Positions 1-10,160 of a stretch of 64,000 nucleotides of DNA are shown piece by piece. The DNA lies in the NCBI GenBank assembly GCA_963707985.1, contig CAVPRW010000042.1:1-64000 (forward strand). Direction: 5' to 3'. Under the pieces are notes generated by a model. That model was not told the origin of the DNA, ran no database searches, and worked only from the letters and a program-made list of their open reading frames with translations. A program made the position numbers and the translations under genes. Origin of the DNA: an uncultured Nitrospinota bacterium. GTDB lineage: Bacteria > Tectomicrobia > Entotheonellia > J063 > CAVPRW01. Positions within the stretch are counted from its first letter, which is position 1. The number at the start of each line of letters is the position of its first letter.

Positions 1-190
1 AGGTCTTGACATTCTCATCTACAATAATATGTGGGGCAGGCTCTGCGAGCTCTTCCTTGCTCTCAAGGTTGCTTTCGATAATTATGACCACCCGGAACAT
101 CCGGGATAGCTCAAGAGGCATGCCAAGCCGCACCGATGACAGCTGCGCCGGGCGCCTCTGTCGAGGATTTGTGCCGCGAAGGAGACAAAC

Positions 191-820
191 GTGTGGAATA
201 GCCTTGTCACCTTGGTGCCGCATGAAATCATCGATATCATCGTGAAAGGCGGGCTCATCATGATCCCCCTGCTCGCCTCTTCCTTGATCGCGGTGACGGT
301 CATTCTCGAGCGCTTTGCCTTCTGGCACAGCCTCCGGAAACACGAGGTCGACAGAAGGATCCTAGCACTGGCCGCCGAGGGTGACTTCAAGCAAGCGATG
401 GATGTGGCTGGGACATCGCGGCACCCGGTGGCACGAGTGCTGCACGCCGGGCTACGGTCGCGCGACATCGGACCTGGCACCGCCATGCAAGCCGCGGCGC
501 AAGCGGAACTGCGCAACCTGCGGCGCAATCTGCCGGTGCTCGATACCATCATCACCCTGGCCCCCCTGCTTGGCCTCTTGGGCACCATTACCGGGATGAT
601 CAGCGCTTTTGGTATCGTCTCCGAAGCGGGACTCGGGCAGCCGAATGCCATTACCGGAGGCATCGCGGAGGCGCTGATCGCGACTGCCACGGGCCTGCTG
701 GTCGCCATCGTCACCCTGATCCCCTACAATTACTTTCGGTCCAGGATGGAAGCAATGACGGACATTATGGAGGAGCGGGCCACGCGCCTGGAACTGCTCC
801 TCGGCAAGCGAGAGGATTGA
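191..820 (+). CDS. exbB: MotA/TolQ/ExbB proton channel protein
   Basis: APLLGLLGTITGMI and GIAEALIATATGL motifs; GGAG upstream of the GTG start; followed by exbD and tonB. Confidence 0.9.
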   Translation: MWNSLVTLVPHEIIDIIVKGGLIMIPLLASSLIAVTVILERFAFWHSLRKHEVDRRILALAAEGDFKQAMDVAGTSRHPVARVLHAGLRSRDIGPGTAMQAAAQAELRNLRRNLPVLDTIITLAPLLGLLGTITGMISAFGIVSEAGLGQPNAITGGIAEALIATATGLLVAIVTLIPYNYFRSRMEAMTDIMEERATRLELLLGKRED

Positions 821-822
821 CG

Positions 823-1240
823 ATGCGAGTCCCCCGCCAAGAGCAGCCGAAAGCGCGCATCGAGATCATCCCCATGATCGATGTGATCTTCTTCCTGCTG
901 GTGTTTTTCATGGTCTCGACCTTGTCGATGACCATCAACCGCGGGCTTCCCGTGAACCTCCCGACGGCCGCCAGTTCACAGAAAGACTTGCGGGAGAATC
1001 TCAATCTCACGTTGCTGCAGGATGGCACCGTCTTTCTGAATAAGGAACCGATCACCCTGCAAGACCTCGGGCCTCGAGTCAAGATCGCTCTGGCTGCCGA
1101 GCCCAGAGCTGATGGTGATTCTCAATGCCGACGGCGATGTGCGCCATCAGTCGGTCGTGGAGGCCATGGACGAATTACGGTTGGCGGGTGTCGCACGCCT
1201 GGCAATTGCCGTCAAGCCCAATCGGAAGGCTCGACCGTGA
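823..1240 (+). CDS. exbD: ExbD/TolR biopolymer transport protein (frameshift near 1105)
   Basis: IIPMIDVIFFLLVFFMV N-terminus; C-terminus ILNADGDVRHQSVVEAMDELRLAGVARLAIAVKP* lies in a shifted frame ending at TGA 1238-1240. Confidence 0.85.
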
Positions 1241-2270
1241 TGCGTTGGTCGCTTGGCCCAGCATTCATATCATCGGTCGTGATCCATGTTGGCGCTCTCG
1301 TGGTGCTGTCGCTGATGTGGGGCTGGCTGCGTGTCCTCTCCCCTGCCCGCGGTCTGGACAGCACCGAACTGGTCATGGTGACACCTCTCCCGCCACCGGT
1401 GGTCCCTGAGGAGCCCGAGGATCGCACGCCGCCTCCAGTCATGACGGAGGAGCCGACAATGGTTCCAGCCGCGCCCCCTCTGCCTAGCGAACCGGTGATA
1501 CCCCCAAGACCGGAACCCATTACGCCTCCCAAGATCATCGCGCAACCGGTACCTACGCAGCTAGAGCCTCGTCCGAAGCCCCTTCCACCGCCGAAACCGA
1601 CACGGGTCAAGAAACCTCCTCCGGAGAGCGCAAACGCAGCCACTCCTGGACCACGTGATGCCCCGGCAAGGGGTGACGCTGGGGAATTCAAGCCCGGCCC
1701 TCGTCTACCCTTGCCCGACACCAGACAAGAGGCCGCCACAGGCAATGTTCTCGGCCCATCCCCGGCGCAGAAGATGGAGGACCGTCCCCTCGCACCGGTG
1801 GAGGGTGGAGAAGCTGGCGCCGGACAACCTCTTCGAGAGAGGCGATGTCGGGGTCGTCCCCGGTGCTGGCGTCGGCGGTGGCAGCGGTGCTCGTGGCCGA
1901 GGCGGATTAGGGCTGGGAGATAGTGGCGGTGGTGCCACGGGTGGGAGGGGTACGGCCAGGGCCTGGGGGCGAGGGCTCGGGTGAAGGCAGTGGCTCAAGC
2001 AGCCTGCCGACCGGTGGCTATCAAGTCAAACCGCGTTATCCGGATTCAGCCAGGCGTAGGGGTGTCGAAGGCACGGTCATCATCAAGGCCTATGTCACTG
2101 AGCAGGGACGAGTGGAACAGGTCCAGATTGAGCAATCGGCTGGACATACGGATCTCGATGCAGCGGCGGTCGAGGCCGTGGGACGCTGGCGCTTCGAGCC
2201 TGCTCGCCGGGGTCGGCAGCCGATCGCCATGTGGGTGTCGATTCCGGTGAGGTTTATGCTGAGCCGATGA
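1240..2270 (+). CDS. tonB: TonB energy transducer (frameshifts ~1825 and ~1920-1960)
   Basis: N-terminal TM with SVVIH, Pro-rich then Gly-rich linker, C-terminal PRYPDSARRRGVEGTV...WRFEPA...VRF domain. Confidence 0.85.
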
Positions 2271-2359
2271 GCGAGTGATTGCGGGGGATCGGGGACAATG
2301 ATCTGCCTGGAGCGCTTTTCCCCCATGCTGCTTCCAGACTGGTCGTGCGGAGGAAATGT

Positions 2360-2596
2360 TTAGGATGGACGCTCGTGAGGCTGGGGTTGCGCATGCTTCG
2401 CTGCGCCGCAGGAGGTAATAGGCCATGCCGCCAAACATCACGAGGGGAACGATGCACATCAGTATGGCAGTGATGAGATACACCGAGGCGGTTCCATCGC
2501 GGCCGACGCCGCACACCGGACAGGCCAACACCTGGTGACGTCGATACCAAGGATGATCGGGACGAGCCACTGACATCGAAGTCTCAGGCCAAGCAT
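2360..2596 (-). CDS. Small membrane protein (ACPVCG + TM helix), last gene of the oxidase operon; frameshifted, 3' end uncertain
   Basis: GGAG RBS and ATG at 2596; ACPVCGVGRDG followed by hydrophobic VYLITAILMCIVPLVMFGGMAYYLL. Confidence 0.5.
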
Positions 2597-2608
2597 GCGG
2601 CCTTCTCC

Positions 2609-3133
2609 CTAGAAGTACACTAACCCATACAAGACCGGCCAGATCCCCACCACGAAGTACCAGAACACTTGCATGGCCTGCAACTGATCGGGCCTCAGCT
2701 CACTGCGTTTCAAGCGCCTATAGAGGTAGACCATGGCCATTGCTGCTGCCGCCGCATGGAGACCATGCGTGCCGATCAGCAGAAAAAAGCAGGCCCCGAA
2801 GATGCCGGAGGTCATGGTCATGCCGTAGGCGATCAAACGTATCCATTCAAATCCTTGGAAGAAGACAAAGCACGTGCCCAATAATGCGGCAGCACCGAGG
2901 AGGGTCCGCACCCACGGGGTAGCGCCCTCGATGGTGAACCGGCGGCCGGCCTGGTAGAGGAACACTCCACTCAGGAACAGGAGAAGGGAATTCGAGGCCG
3001 TGGCCACCACTGGCAGGCGCACACCCACCGGGGGAGCCCACGGCTCAACGCCGGCCTTGATGATGACGAAGGCGCTGATGAGTGCGGTGAAAAACATCAC
3101 CTCGGTGGCTACAAAAATCAGCATACCGAACAC
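2609..3133 (-). CDS. Heme-copper oxidase subunit III-like (CoxP-like)
   Basis: IFVATEVMFF, GTHGLH and FWYFVVGIW motifs; start uncertain. Confidence 0.85.
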   Translation of the reverse strand: MFGMLIFVATEVMFFTALISAFVIIKAGVEPWAPPVGVRLPVVATASNSLLLFLSGVFLYQAGRRFTIEGATPWVRTLLGAAALLGTCFVFFQGFEWIRLIAYGMTMTSGIFGACFFLLIGTHGLHAAAAAMAMVYLYRRLKRSELRPDQLQAMQVFWYFVVGIWPVLYGLVYF

Positions 3134-3183
3134 GCTGTCGGCCAGCAGCGGTTCTCGAGGGCTGTGAACGCTTGACGGTCAGA

Positions 3184-3540
3184 TTACGGGATGTGAGACT
3201 GGTCGCTTTCATGTGTGGCGTGCTCTTCTATGAGCTCCTGTACGGCGTGATTTTGCCATCTCAGGCCGCTGACTTGCAAGACATCAGGAGCCGTTCCAGC
3301 AAACAATAAGCCGATCATCAGCAACATGGCATACAACATATAGCGAATGTACCGCTTTTCAACATTCAGGTGCATGAAATACGTCGCCACCAGTGACGCC
3401 TTCACCAAGGCGATGCCGAAGGCCGTGAACAGCGTCACGGTCGGCCTTTCAAACATCGGCCCGGTGATGCTGACCGCCAGCAGGACTAAAAGAATGCCCC
3501 AAATCTTCACATACTTCATCGGTGCGTAGGTGTCGCTCAT
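3184..3540 (-). CDS. Cytochrome c oxidase subunit IV family
   Basis: KASLVATYFMHL motif, three TM segments. Confidence 0.85.
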   Translation of the reverse strand: MSDTYAPMKYVKIWGILLVLLAVSITGPMFERPTVTLFTAFGIALVKASLVATYFMHLNVEKRYIRYMLYAMLLMIGLLFAGTAPDVLQVSGLRWQNHAVQELIEEHATHESDQSHIP

Positions 3541-3592
3541 GTCGGTTGTTCCGTCACCAAGGCAATTTCTATAGTCTGAACCCAAGGCCTCG

Positions 3593-4171
3593 TTACTTGG
3601 CGATATATAGCAACGGGAACAGAAAAATCCACACCACATCGACGAAATGCCAATAGATCCCGATCAATTCCACATGATGTAAGTTCTGTGCACGCCGTAC
3701 CTCAAGGGATACGATGGTCATAATCAGCAGTCCAGCCATGACATGGAAGGTGTGCAGCCCGGTGGCCATGAAGTAGAAAGACCAAAACAAGTTGGTGGTC
3801 AGCGTATACCCATGGGCGATCTCCCCACCCCATTCAAATCCTTTGATAACGAGGAACGTCAACCCACCAGCAATGGTCAGCCAGAGATACCAGAAGGCCT
3901 GTTTGGTTTTGTGGTGCTCGGCGGCGTGATGCGCCAGCACTGCAAACAGACTAGAGGTGAGGAGGACGACGGTATTCGTCGCACCGGCGACGGTATTGGT
4001 ATGCACGGCGCTGGCGCTCCAATGGTCGTAGAGCAACCGGCGGAGTAGATAGCTGACGATCAAGCCCCCGAACAGGACCACTTCGGAGCCCAGGAGCCAC
4101 CACACGGCTAAACGCCCGGTGGGAATTCCGGTGGCACTGCGCCTCGTGGCGATGGGAACGGAATGCTCCAC
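3593..4171 (-). CDS. Heme-copper oxidase subunit III-like (CoxO-like)
   Basis: LGSEVVLFGG, NTVVLLTSS, TGLHTFHV and YWHFVDVVWIFLFPLLY motifs. Confidence 0.9.
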   Translation of the reverse strand: MEHSVPIATRRSATGIPTGRLAVWWLLGSEVVLFGGLIVSYLLRRLLYDHWSASAVHTNTVAGATNTVVLLTSSLFAVLAHHAAEHHKTKQAFWYLWLTIAGGLTFLVIKGFEWGGEIAHGYTLTTNLFWSFYFMATGLHTFHVMAGLLIMTIVSLEVRRAQNLHHVELIGIYWHFVDVVWIFLFPLLYIAK

Positions 4172-4191
4172 GCTGATATCCCTCGAACGCT

Positions 4192-5883
4192 TTACGCTTT
4201 GAGATGCTGCGGCCAATAGTCTTCCGCACGTCCGGGTACACTATATTCATAAGGTGGCCGGTAGACTTCCGGCCATTCCTCAAAATTGCCGTGTGGCGGC
4301 GGCGAGGCCGTCACCCATTCCAAGGTATTGGCCTTCCAGGGGTTTCGCTCGGCTTTTGGGCCGCGAAACATGCTATAGACAAAGTTGAACAGAAACGACA
4401 GCTGAAAGAGCAGCATGATGACCAATGCCACGGTGGCGATGACACGTAGATCCTGCAAGCTACTGGATGCCAGCCCCGGGAAATTCTGCGGGTTGAACAC
4501 CCGTCGATGTTCCCCGGCAGTTCCCAGCAGGAAGAGGGGCAGAAAGATGAAGTTGAAAGGGATGACTGTCCCCCAGAAGTGGATTTTCCCGAGGGTTTCC
4601 GACATGTGTCGGCCGAACATCTTGGGGTACCAGTAATAGATGCCGGTAAACACGGCGATAATGGCAATCGGCACGAAGGTATAATGGAAATGTGCAATCA
4701 CGAAGTAGGTATCATGAAAGTAGATATCCGCACCACTCGCACCCAAGAAAATGCCCGTCACACCCCCAATTAAAAATTCCGCTAAGAAGGAGAGAGCAAA
4801 AAGCATGGCGGTTGTGAAGCGAATCGATCCGCCGTAAAGGGTGGCGATATAGACGAACGACATCTCCGCGATCGGCACCGATATCAACAGCGTGGTCACC
4901 GAAAACACATTGGCCATGCGCGGATCGATGCCGGCTACGAACTGATGGTGGGCCCACACGAAAAAACTCAACACGCCGGTGGCAATCGCCGTGAACAACA
5001 CCGTCTTATAGGCGAAGAGCTTCTTCCGCGCGAAGACAGTGATGACTTCCGCGACAATGCCCATCGCCGGTAGCAACACGACGTAGACTTCCGGATGCCC
5101 AAAGAACCAGAACAGGTGTTGCCACAAGATCGGATCGCCGCCTCCATCCGGATCAAAAAATGTCGTCCCGAGAGTTTGATCGAAGAGCAGCATGACGGCC
5201 CCGGCCATTAGTGGTCCCGCGGAAGCCATGAACACGATGCTGGCGATGACGATCATCCAAATAACGATGGGGATATCGATCCAGCGCATGCCGGGGGCGC
5301 GAGAGTTCATGACGGTGACGATGAAATTGATGCCTCCCAGTAGGAAGGCAACAAACTCGAACATGACTGCCACCAGCCACAGGGTCGCTCCCCAGGGGGT
5401 TAAATTGTAGGTGGCCTTGGCAGACAAGGGGGGATAAGCGGTCCAGGCGCCTCCGAAGCCCCCACCTGGCACGAAGAACGACACGATCAGGATGATCGCG
5501 CTGAGTAGAAAAATCTGGTAGGACAACCGGTTCAGGCGCGGGAACGCCATATCGTCGCAGCCAATCATCAAGGGGATGAGGTAATTCCCAAAGGCGGCGA
5601 TCAGCACCGGCATGGCAACCCAGAAGATCATGATCGTGCCGTGATTGGTGACCAGGGAGTTGTAACTCACCGGGGTCACGACGCCAAAGCCCGGGACTTC
5701 CGCCCCAGGAAACGCCAGCTGCATCCGGAACACATAGGCGAAGTATCCACCAATCAGCGCCATCAGCATACCCGTGAATAGATACTGCATGGCGATGATC
5801 TTATGATCGAGGGGAAACATGTACGTTCGCCAGAAGCTTCGTTGGTGTGGTTCATGATGAACCACCTCGGAAAGGCCGTTCAT
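4192..5883 (-). CDS. Heme-copper oxidase subunit I, A1 type (CoxN-like)
   Basis: DHK, NHG, DMAFPRLN, WFFGHPEVY, WAHH, HDTYFVIAHFHY and the RR pair. Confidence 0.95.
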   Translation of the reverse strand: MNGLSEVVHHEPHQRSFWRTYMFPLDHKIIAMQYLFTGMLMALIGGYFAYVFRMQLAFPGAEVPGFGVVTPVSYNSLVTNHGTIMIFWVAMPVLIAAFGNYLIPLMIGCDDMAFPRLNRLSYQIFLLSAIILIVSFFVPGGGFGGAWTAYPPLSAKATYNLTPWGATLWLVAVMFEFVAFLLGGINFIVTVMNSRAPGMRWIDIPIVIWMIVIASIVFMASAGPLMAGAVMLLFDQTLGTTFFDPDGGGDPILWQHLFWFFGHPEVYVVLLPAMGIVAEVITVFARKKLFAYKTVLFTAIATGVLSFFVWAHHQFVAGIDPRMANVFSVTTLLISVPIAEMSFVYIATLYGGSIRFTTAMLFALSFLAEFLIGGVTGIFLGASGADIYFHDTYFVIAHFHYTFVPIAIIAVFTGIYYWYPKMFGRHMSETLGKIHFWGTVIPFNFIFLPLFLLGTAGEHRRVFNPQNFPGLASSSLQDLRVIATVALVIMLLFQLSFLFNFVYSMFRGPKAERNPWKANTLEWVTASPPPHGNFEEWPEVYRPPYEYSVPGRAEDYWPQHLKA

Positions 5884-5933
5884 AGACACCTCAAAACGCC
5901 TGTCGCCATGACCGTTGATCAGATGACGCGCCT

Positions 5934-6605
5934 TCAAGGGCTCGGTGCACGTTGCTGCAACCACTGGTGGTAGTCTGCTGCCGACTGGACGACCAGCTGA
6001 CCCATCATGATCCCGTGTCCGATGCCGCACATTTGCGCGCACGGGATGTCGAAGGTCCCCGTTTGTGTCGGCTTGAACCAACCGGTAATCACCCGGCCCG
6101 GCACGGCATCCTGTTTTAGGCGGAACGCGGGAATCCACAAGCTGTGCAGCACGTCGGTCGCTTCGAGCTGAAAATGGTACAGGGTGCCTACCCTGAGATG
6201 GAGCTCATCCACGGTCTCGATGTCATCAGCCGTCCCCAGTTGGTGATCAGCACCCGGGTGTACGAAACGCCAGGCCCACTGCTGTCCGATCACGCGAATG
6301 GTTTCATCAGCTGGCGGAAGGTCTTGCTTGATGGCGGACCAGACACGGAACGAGAAAGCCAAGATGACGATATCGCAGACGATGATCAACAGATGTGGGA
6401 CAGAAATCCAGCGTTTCTCTGCCTTTCGCTCACCGGTGATGTAAGCGGCCGCAAGGCCATCTTTCCTTCTGAATTTGACAATGAAGAAAAACAGCGCGAA
6501 TTCGGCCAGGAAGAACCAAAATCCAACGATGAGGGCAATCAGGAGGATCAGAAAGTCAACATCACCGGAGAAGCTCGAAGCGCTGATGGGTATCCAGGCT
6601 GTCAT
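5934..6605 (-). CDS. Cytochrome c oxidase subunit II (CuA)
   Basis: Two TM helices, GQQWAW, DVLHS, CAQMCGIGHGIM; GGAG RBS. Confidence 0.93.
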   Translation of the reverse strand: MTAWIPISASSFSGDVDFLILLIALIVGFWFFLAEFALFFFIVKFRRKDGLAAAYITGERKAEKRWISVPHLLIIVCDIVILAFSFRVWSAIKQDLPPADETIRVIGQQWAWRFVHPGADHQLGTADDIETVDELHLRVGTLYHFQLEATDVLHSLWIPAFRLKQDAVPGRVITGWFKPTQTGTFDIPCAQMCGIGHGIMMGQLVVQSAADYHQWLQQRAPSP

Positions 6606-6627
6606 ATGGGGCAACGCTCCGCACAAA

Positions 6628-6741
6628 TCAATGGCGAAAGATCAAAGCAAATACCATGAGGCCAAAGAGAGCCACAAAGCCCAAGGTGACATAAAACCAC
6701 GTCTTGGCGTATTGATCAGGGTTGTCGGTATGTAAGTCCAT
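6628..6741 (-). CDS. 37-aa single-TM protein inside the oxidase operon (not in the ORF track)
   Basis: Hand translation MDLHTDNPDQYAKTWFYVTLGFVALFGLMVFALIFRH*; GGAG RBS; fills the gap between the cytochrome c and subunit II genes. Confidence 0.7.
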   Translation of the reverse strand: MDLHTDNPDQYAKTWFYVTLGFVALFGLMVFALIFRH

Positions 6742-6751
6742 GGCTGCTCCG

Positions 6752-7384
6752 TTAGCGTAAGGTCTGAATGTAGGTGACTACATCCTGCATCGCTTGCTCA
6801 CTCAATGTACTCGCGATAGGTTGCATCATGGCTCCGGTTGGGTCTCGCGGCGCATCAGCCCCACGTATTTTCTGCTTCAAGTTCTGTAATTGCCTGAGCA
6901 GGTACCAGTCATTGGAGATGATCAGGGGAGGTGCGCCCAGCTGCTGATTTCCCCGGCCATCCGGCCCATGACAGGCCATGCAGAGCTGATACTGTTGGGC
7001 GCCGCCGGCAAGGTCTCCTGTCAGCGTGCGTGGCGGTGTCTGCGGGGGTAGAGTCGCTACATACTGGGCGATGGCTTGTACATCGCTCTCCGTCGGCAGC
7101 GACCGGGCCATCGGCCGCATTCGCATCCCAGCAGTATCTTGCGGATGACTACCGCGCACACCATGGCGAAACTTCTGTAACTGGGCGGCCACATACCACT
7201 CAGGGAGGCCGGCGATGGCCGGAGCGCCGAGATCAAGGCGCCCTTCTCCCTGGTTGCCATGACAGGCGACACAAAGCTGAAAAAGTGCCTGACTGCGCTC
7301 AGCACTGGCCCATCCAGGCAGACCAGCAGCGAGGATGAGCCCTAGGATCATTAGTTGAACAAGGCTGATGGGCTTACAGGCCAT
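6752..7384 (-). CDS. Di-heme cytochrome c4/c553-like
   Basis: Signal peptide, CVACH and CMACH, Met ligands in MRPM and MMQP. Confidence 0.92.
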   Translation of the reverse strand: MACKPISLVQLMILGLILAAGLPGWASAERSQALFQLCVACHGNQGEGRLDLGAPAIAGLPEWYVAAQLQKFRHGVRGSHPQDTAGMRMRPMARSLPTESDVQAIAQYVATLPPQTPPRTLTGDLAGGAQQYQLCMACHGPDGRGNQQLGAPPLIISNDWYLLRQLQNLKQKIRGADAPRDPTGAMMQPIASTLSEQAMQDVVTYIQTLR

Positions 7385-7602
7385 TCGTGTCTGTCACCTC
7401 GCCTGATTCTTCAGACCCAGCCGAGCTTCGCTTCATACCATGATACTACTCATAGATGGCGCCGCAGCACCTGATCTGTGCGGTAAGGATTCAATGCATT
7501 GGGGCTCATTGACACCACAGGCAACTATAATCGGTCCGTCAAGACCGCACATCTGGGAGCGGATAGCAAGGGGGTAATCAGGGAGGGATGGAGATCAAGC
7601 TG

Positions 7603-8451
7603 TCAACTCGTCTGCGACGAAGCGGCGCGCGTACGGGGCTTCCACATCTCGGCGCTCAAAGACCAGACGAGGGTGAACACCGCTGTGCCCACGAGGACGA
7701 TCGTGGCACCGGAGGCCATGTCCAGGTAGTAACTGGCAAACATCCCCAGTACCCCGATGGCCGCCCCGAGGACAGTAGCCAAGCCGAGTAAAACGGCGAA
7801 TCGGTCGGTAAGCAACCGCGCGGTGCTAGCGGGGATGACCAGCGCCGCTGCAATCAGCGTCACTCCCATGATTTGCATGGAGACGATGAGCACCGCCGCG
7901 AACAGGAGGGCGAACAGACTGTTGACCCAGCGCGTCGGAACGCCAAAGACTTCTGCTGTCTCCTCATCGAATGTGGTAAAGAGGAGGGGCCGGTATAGGA
8001 AGAAAATGCCGAGGGCGGCGGCCAGCGTCACTGCAGCGATCATCCAGAGGTCCGCTGGCATAATGCCGAGGACGTTGCCAAAGAGGGCCGCCTCGAAGTT
8101 GCGTGTGAAGCGCCGATGCCGACTGATCGCCGCCACGCCGATGGCAAAGCTCGCCGTAGTGACGATACCGATGGCGGCATCAGCGCCGAGTTTCCGCCTC
8201 AGGCTCAATTCATTGATGACGAGGGCTGAAGCCACCCCCCACAGACCAGCTCCGAGGTAGAAGTTCACATCCAACAAATAGCTGATTACTGCCCCGCCAA
8301 ACACGGCATGGGAAAGCCCGTGGCCGATGTAACTCATGCGGCGCAAGACAATGTATACCCCGATCAGGCCGCACAGGGCGCCGACGAGTAACGAGGCGAT
8401 CAGTGCACGCTGAAAAAAGGTGTAGGTGAGCGGTTCAAGGAGGAGATCCAC
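7603..8451 (-). CDS. Zn/Mn ABC transporter permease (ZnuB/MntB family)
   Basis: VLRRMSYIGHGLSHAVFGG, DAAIGI, LFGNVL; GTG start at 8451. Confidence 0.9.
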   Translation of the reverse strand: MDLLLEPLTYTFFQRALIASLLVGALCGLIGVYIVLRRMSYIGHGLSHAVFGGAVISYLLDVNFYLGAGLWGVASALVINELSLRRKLGADAAIGIVTTASFAIGVAAISRHRRFTRNFEAALFGNVLGIMPADLWMIAAVTLAAALGIFFLYRPLLFTTFDEETAEVFGVPTRWVNSLFALLFAAVLIVSMQIMGVTLIAAALVIPASTARLLTDRFAVLLGLATVLGAAIGVLGMFASYYLDMASGATIVLVGTAVFTLVWSLSAEMWKPRTRAASSQTS

Positions 8452-8463
8452 GGGACCCTCAGT

Positions 8464-8572
8464 CTGAGCAGTTACTGTGGCAGCCGTACTCGTCAAGCGG
8501 GCTGTTGGCGCTCAGCGTGTCGCCGTGCTGCTGGAGGACGAGTATCTCCGAGCCGTATGCAGTCCGTAACAC
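8464..8572 (-). pseudogene. Possible C-terminal remnant of the metal ABC ATPase
   Basis: Reads VLRTAYGSEILVLQQHG...* and stops just before the permease start; resembles ZnuC/MntA tails by eye. Confidence 0.3.
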
Positions 8573-8894
8573 GATATGATATCGACGCTACTATATGTAA
8601 CACAATGTTAATTTTTTTGCTACCAACTGGCGAGTGACCACTCTATAATATCCCCCTCAGCCGGTCCATGGTGGTTCGACGGGCACATGGGCCATGCACG
8701 TGACTGGATGCGTTCCGATGTAGAAGCGGTACGGAGGGGGGAAGAGCACTGCGAATCCCTACCGTAGCGATCTGGACCGAAGCTCTTGCAACGGAGCTTC
8801 ACGGCCAACCCGCAGGTGGAATTCTTTGCCACCGTGGGCCTCACTTGGACCTTCGATGCCCCTTGGAAGCGTCGCAATCGGTAACATCTGAGTC

Positions 8895-9926
8895 GTGAGG
8901 AGAGGGAAATGCATCAAGCAAATCGCCGAAATGACTGGCCTTTTGAGGAGCTATGGCGAGCGGACATCGGCTGTCTTCGTGGCGCTGATTAGCCTGCTCC
9001 TTGGTCACACGACGCTATGCCTGGCTCAAGATAGACTGCCAAACGTTCTGACCACGGTTGCCCCCCTTACCAACATCGTCAAGAACGTGGGCGCTCCCTA
9101 CATCGAGCTTCATGGCCTTATTCCAGGCGGAATGGACTCCCATACCTTCGAGCCCGCTCCTTCCGACGTGAAGTACATCGCGGCGGCGGATCTCATCATC
9201 CTGAACGGCTTAGACCTTGAGACGCCGACCGAAAAGTTAGCCCTGGCGAACAAGAAGCCCGCGGCGCGTATCGTGCAGTTGGGGAATCAGACCCTCACCC
9301 CCAAGCAGTACGTCTTCGATCGGAGTTTTCCGAAATCGGCCGGCCATCCCAACCCCCACCTCTGGATGAACCCGATTTACGCTGCCCGGTACGCAGAGCT
9401 CGTGCGGGACGCTCTGAGTGAGCTCGACTCCCCCCATGCCGCCCAGTACCGCGAACGCACGCAGCAGTATATCAGCCGGCTCATGGCCCTCGATCATGCC
9501 ATCGCCGCCGCCGTCTCGACGATCCCACCCCAGAACCGCAAGCTGCTGACCTATCACGACTCATTCGCCTATTTCGCCCCACGCTACGACATGACGGTCA
9601 TTGGGGCGATCGAGCCGGCTAGCTTCTCAGAGCCCTCGCCGCGGGAGGTAACGCGGGTGATCCGTCAGCTGAAGCAGGCAAAAGTGCCTGCCATCTTCGG
9701 CTCAGAGGTTTTCCCGAGCAAGGTGTTGAACCAGATCGGCCGGGAAGCGGGCGTGAAGTTTGTTGATACCCTCCGAGACGATGACCTACCGGGCACACCG
9801 GACTCTCCGGAACACTCCTACATCGGCATGATGCTCGAGGATGTTCGTACTATGGTAACCGCGCTGGGTGGGAATCCAGAAGCCTTGCAGGGTTTCGACC
9901 CAGCAGACATCCCTAGGGCTCCGTGA
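8895..9926 (+). CDS. Zn/Mn ABC transporter substrate-binding protein
   Basis: DSHTFEP, PNPHLW, TYHDSFAYFA motifs of cluster A-I binding proteins. Confidence 0.92.
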   Translation: MRRGKCIKQIAEMTGLLRSYGERTSAVFVALISLLLGHTTLCLAQDRLPNVLTTVAPLTNIVKNVGAPYIELHGLIPGGMDSHTFEPAPSDVKYIAAADLIILNGLDLETPTEKLALANKKPAARIVQLGNQTLTPKQYVFDRSFPKSAGHPNPHLWMNPIYAARYAELVRDALSELDSPHAAQYRERTQQYISRLMALDHAIAAAVSTIPPQNRKLLTYHDSFAYFAPRYDMTVIGAIEPASFSEPSPREVTRVIRQLKQAKVPAIFGSEVFPSKVLNQIGREAGVKFVDTLRDDDLPGTPDSPEHSYIGMMLEDVRTMVTALGGNPEALQGFDPADIPRAP

Positions 9927-10140
9927 CGATACCCGCCGCGACCGCTGTACCCGAGCCAGGGCTCAATCCACCGGTCGTATGGTCCGGATGCCAAGGATTG
10001 TGAGTCGGCCGCATCATGCGGATTGAGCCTGGCGCCGGTGGCAAACTCGTAAAGACCGAGTGTCGCCACCAAAATGGCGCCAGCGGCTTTGAGACGGGCC
10101 ACGACGCTAGCGTCGTAGGTGGCGTCCTGGGTGCGCGCCC
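9927..10140 (-). pseudogene. Amidase-signature family fragment
   Basis: DASVVARLKAAGAIL...EFA, then in a shifted frame THNPWHPDHTTGGLSPGSGTAVAAG. Confidence 0.7.
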
Positions 10141-10160
10141 TGTCTATGCCCACTCTGGTG

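Noticed and set aside
1..40. Fur box or sigma70 promoter before exbB
   Set aside because: TTGACA is present but the -10 spacing is poor and the Fur match is weak; the site is cut by the window edge.
817..1923. Natural ExbD-TonB fusion (368-aa ORF)
   Set aside because: Artefact of a frameshift; the normal ExbD C-terminus and stop exist in another frame.
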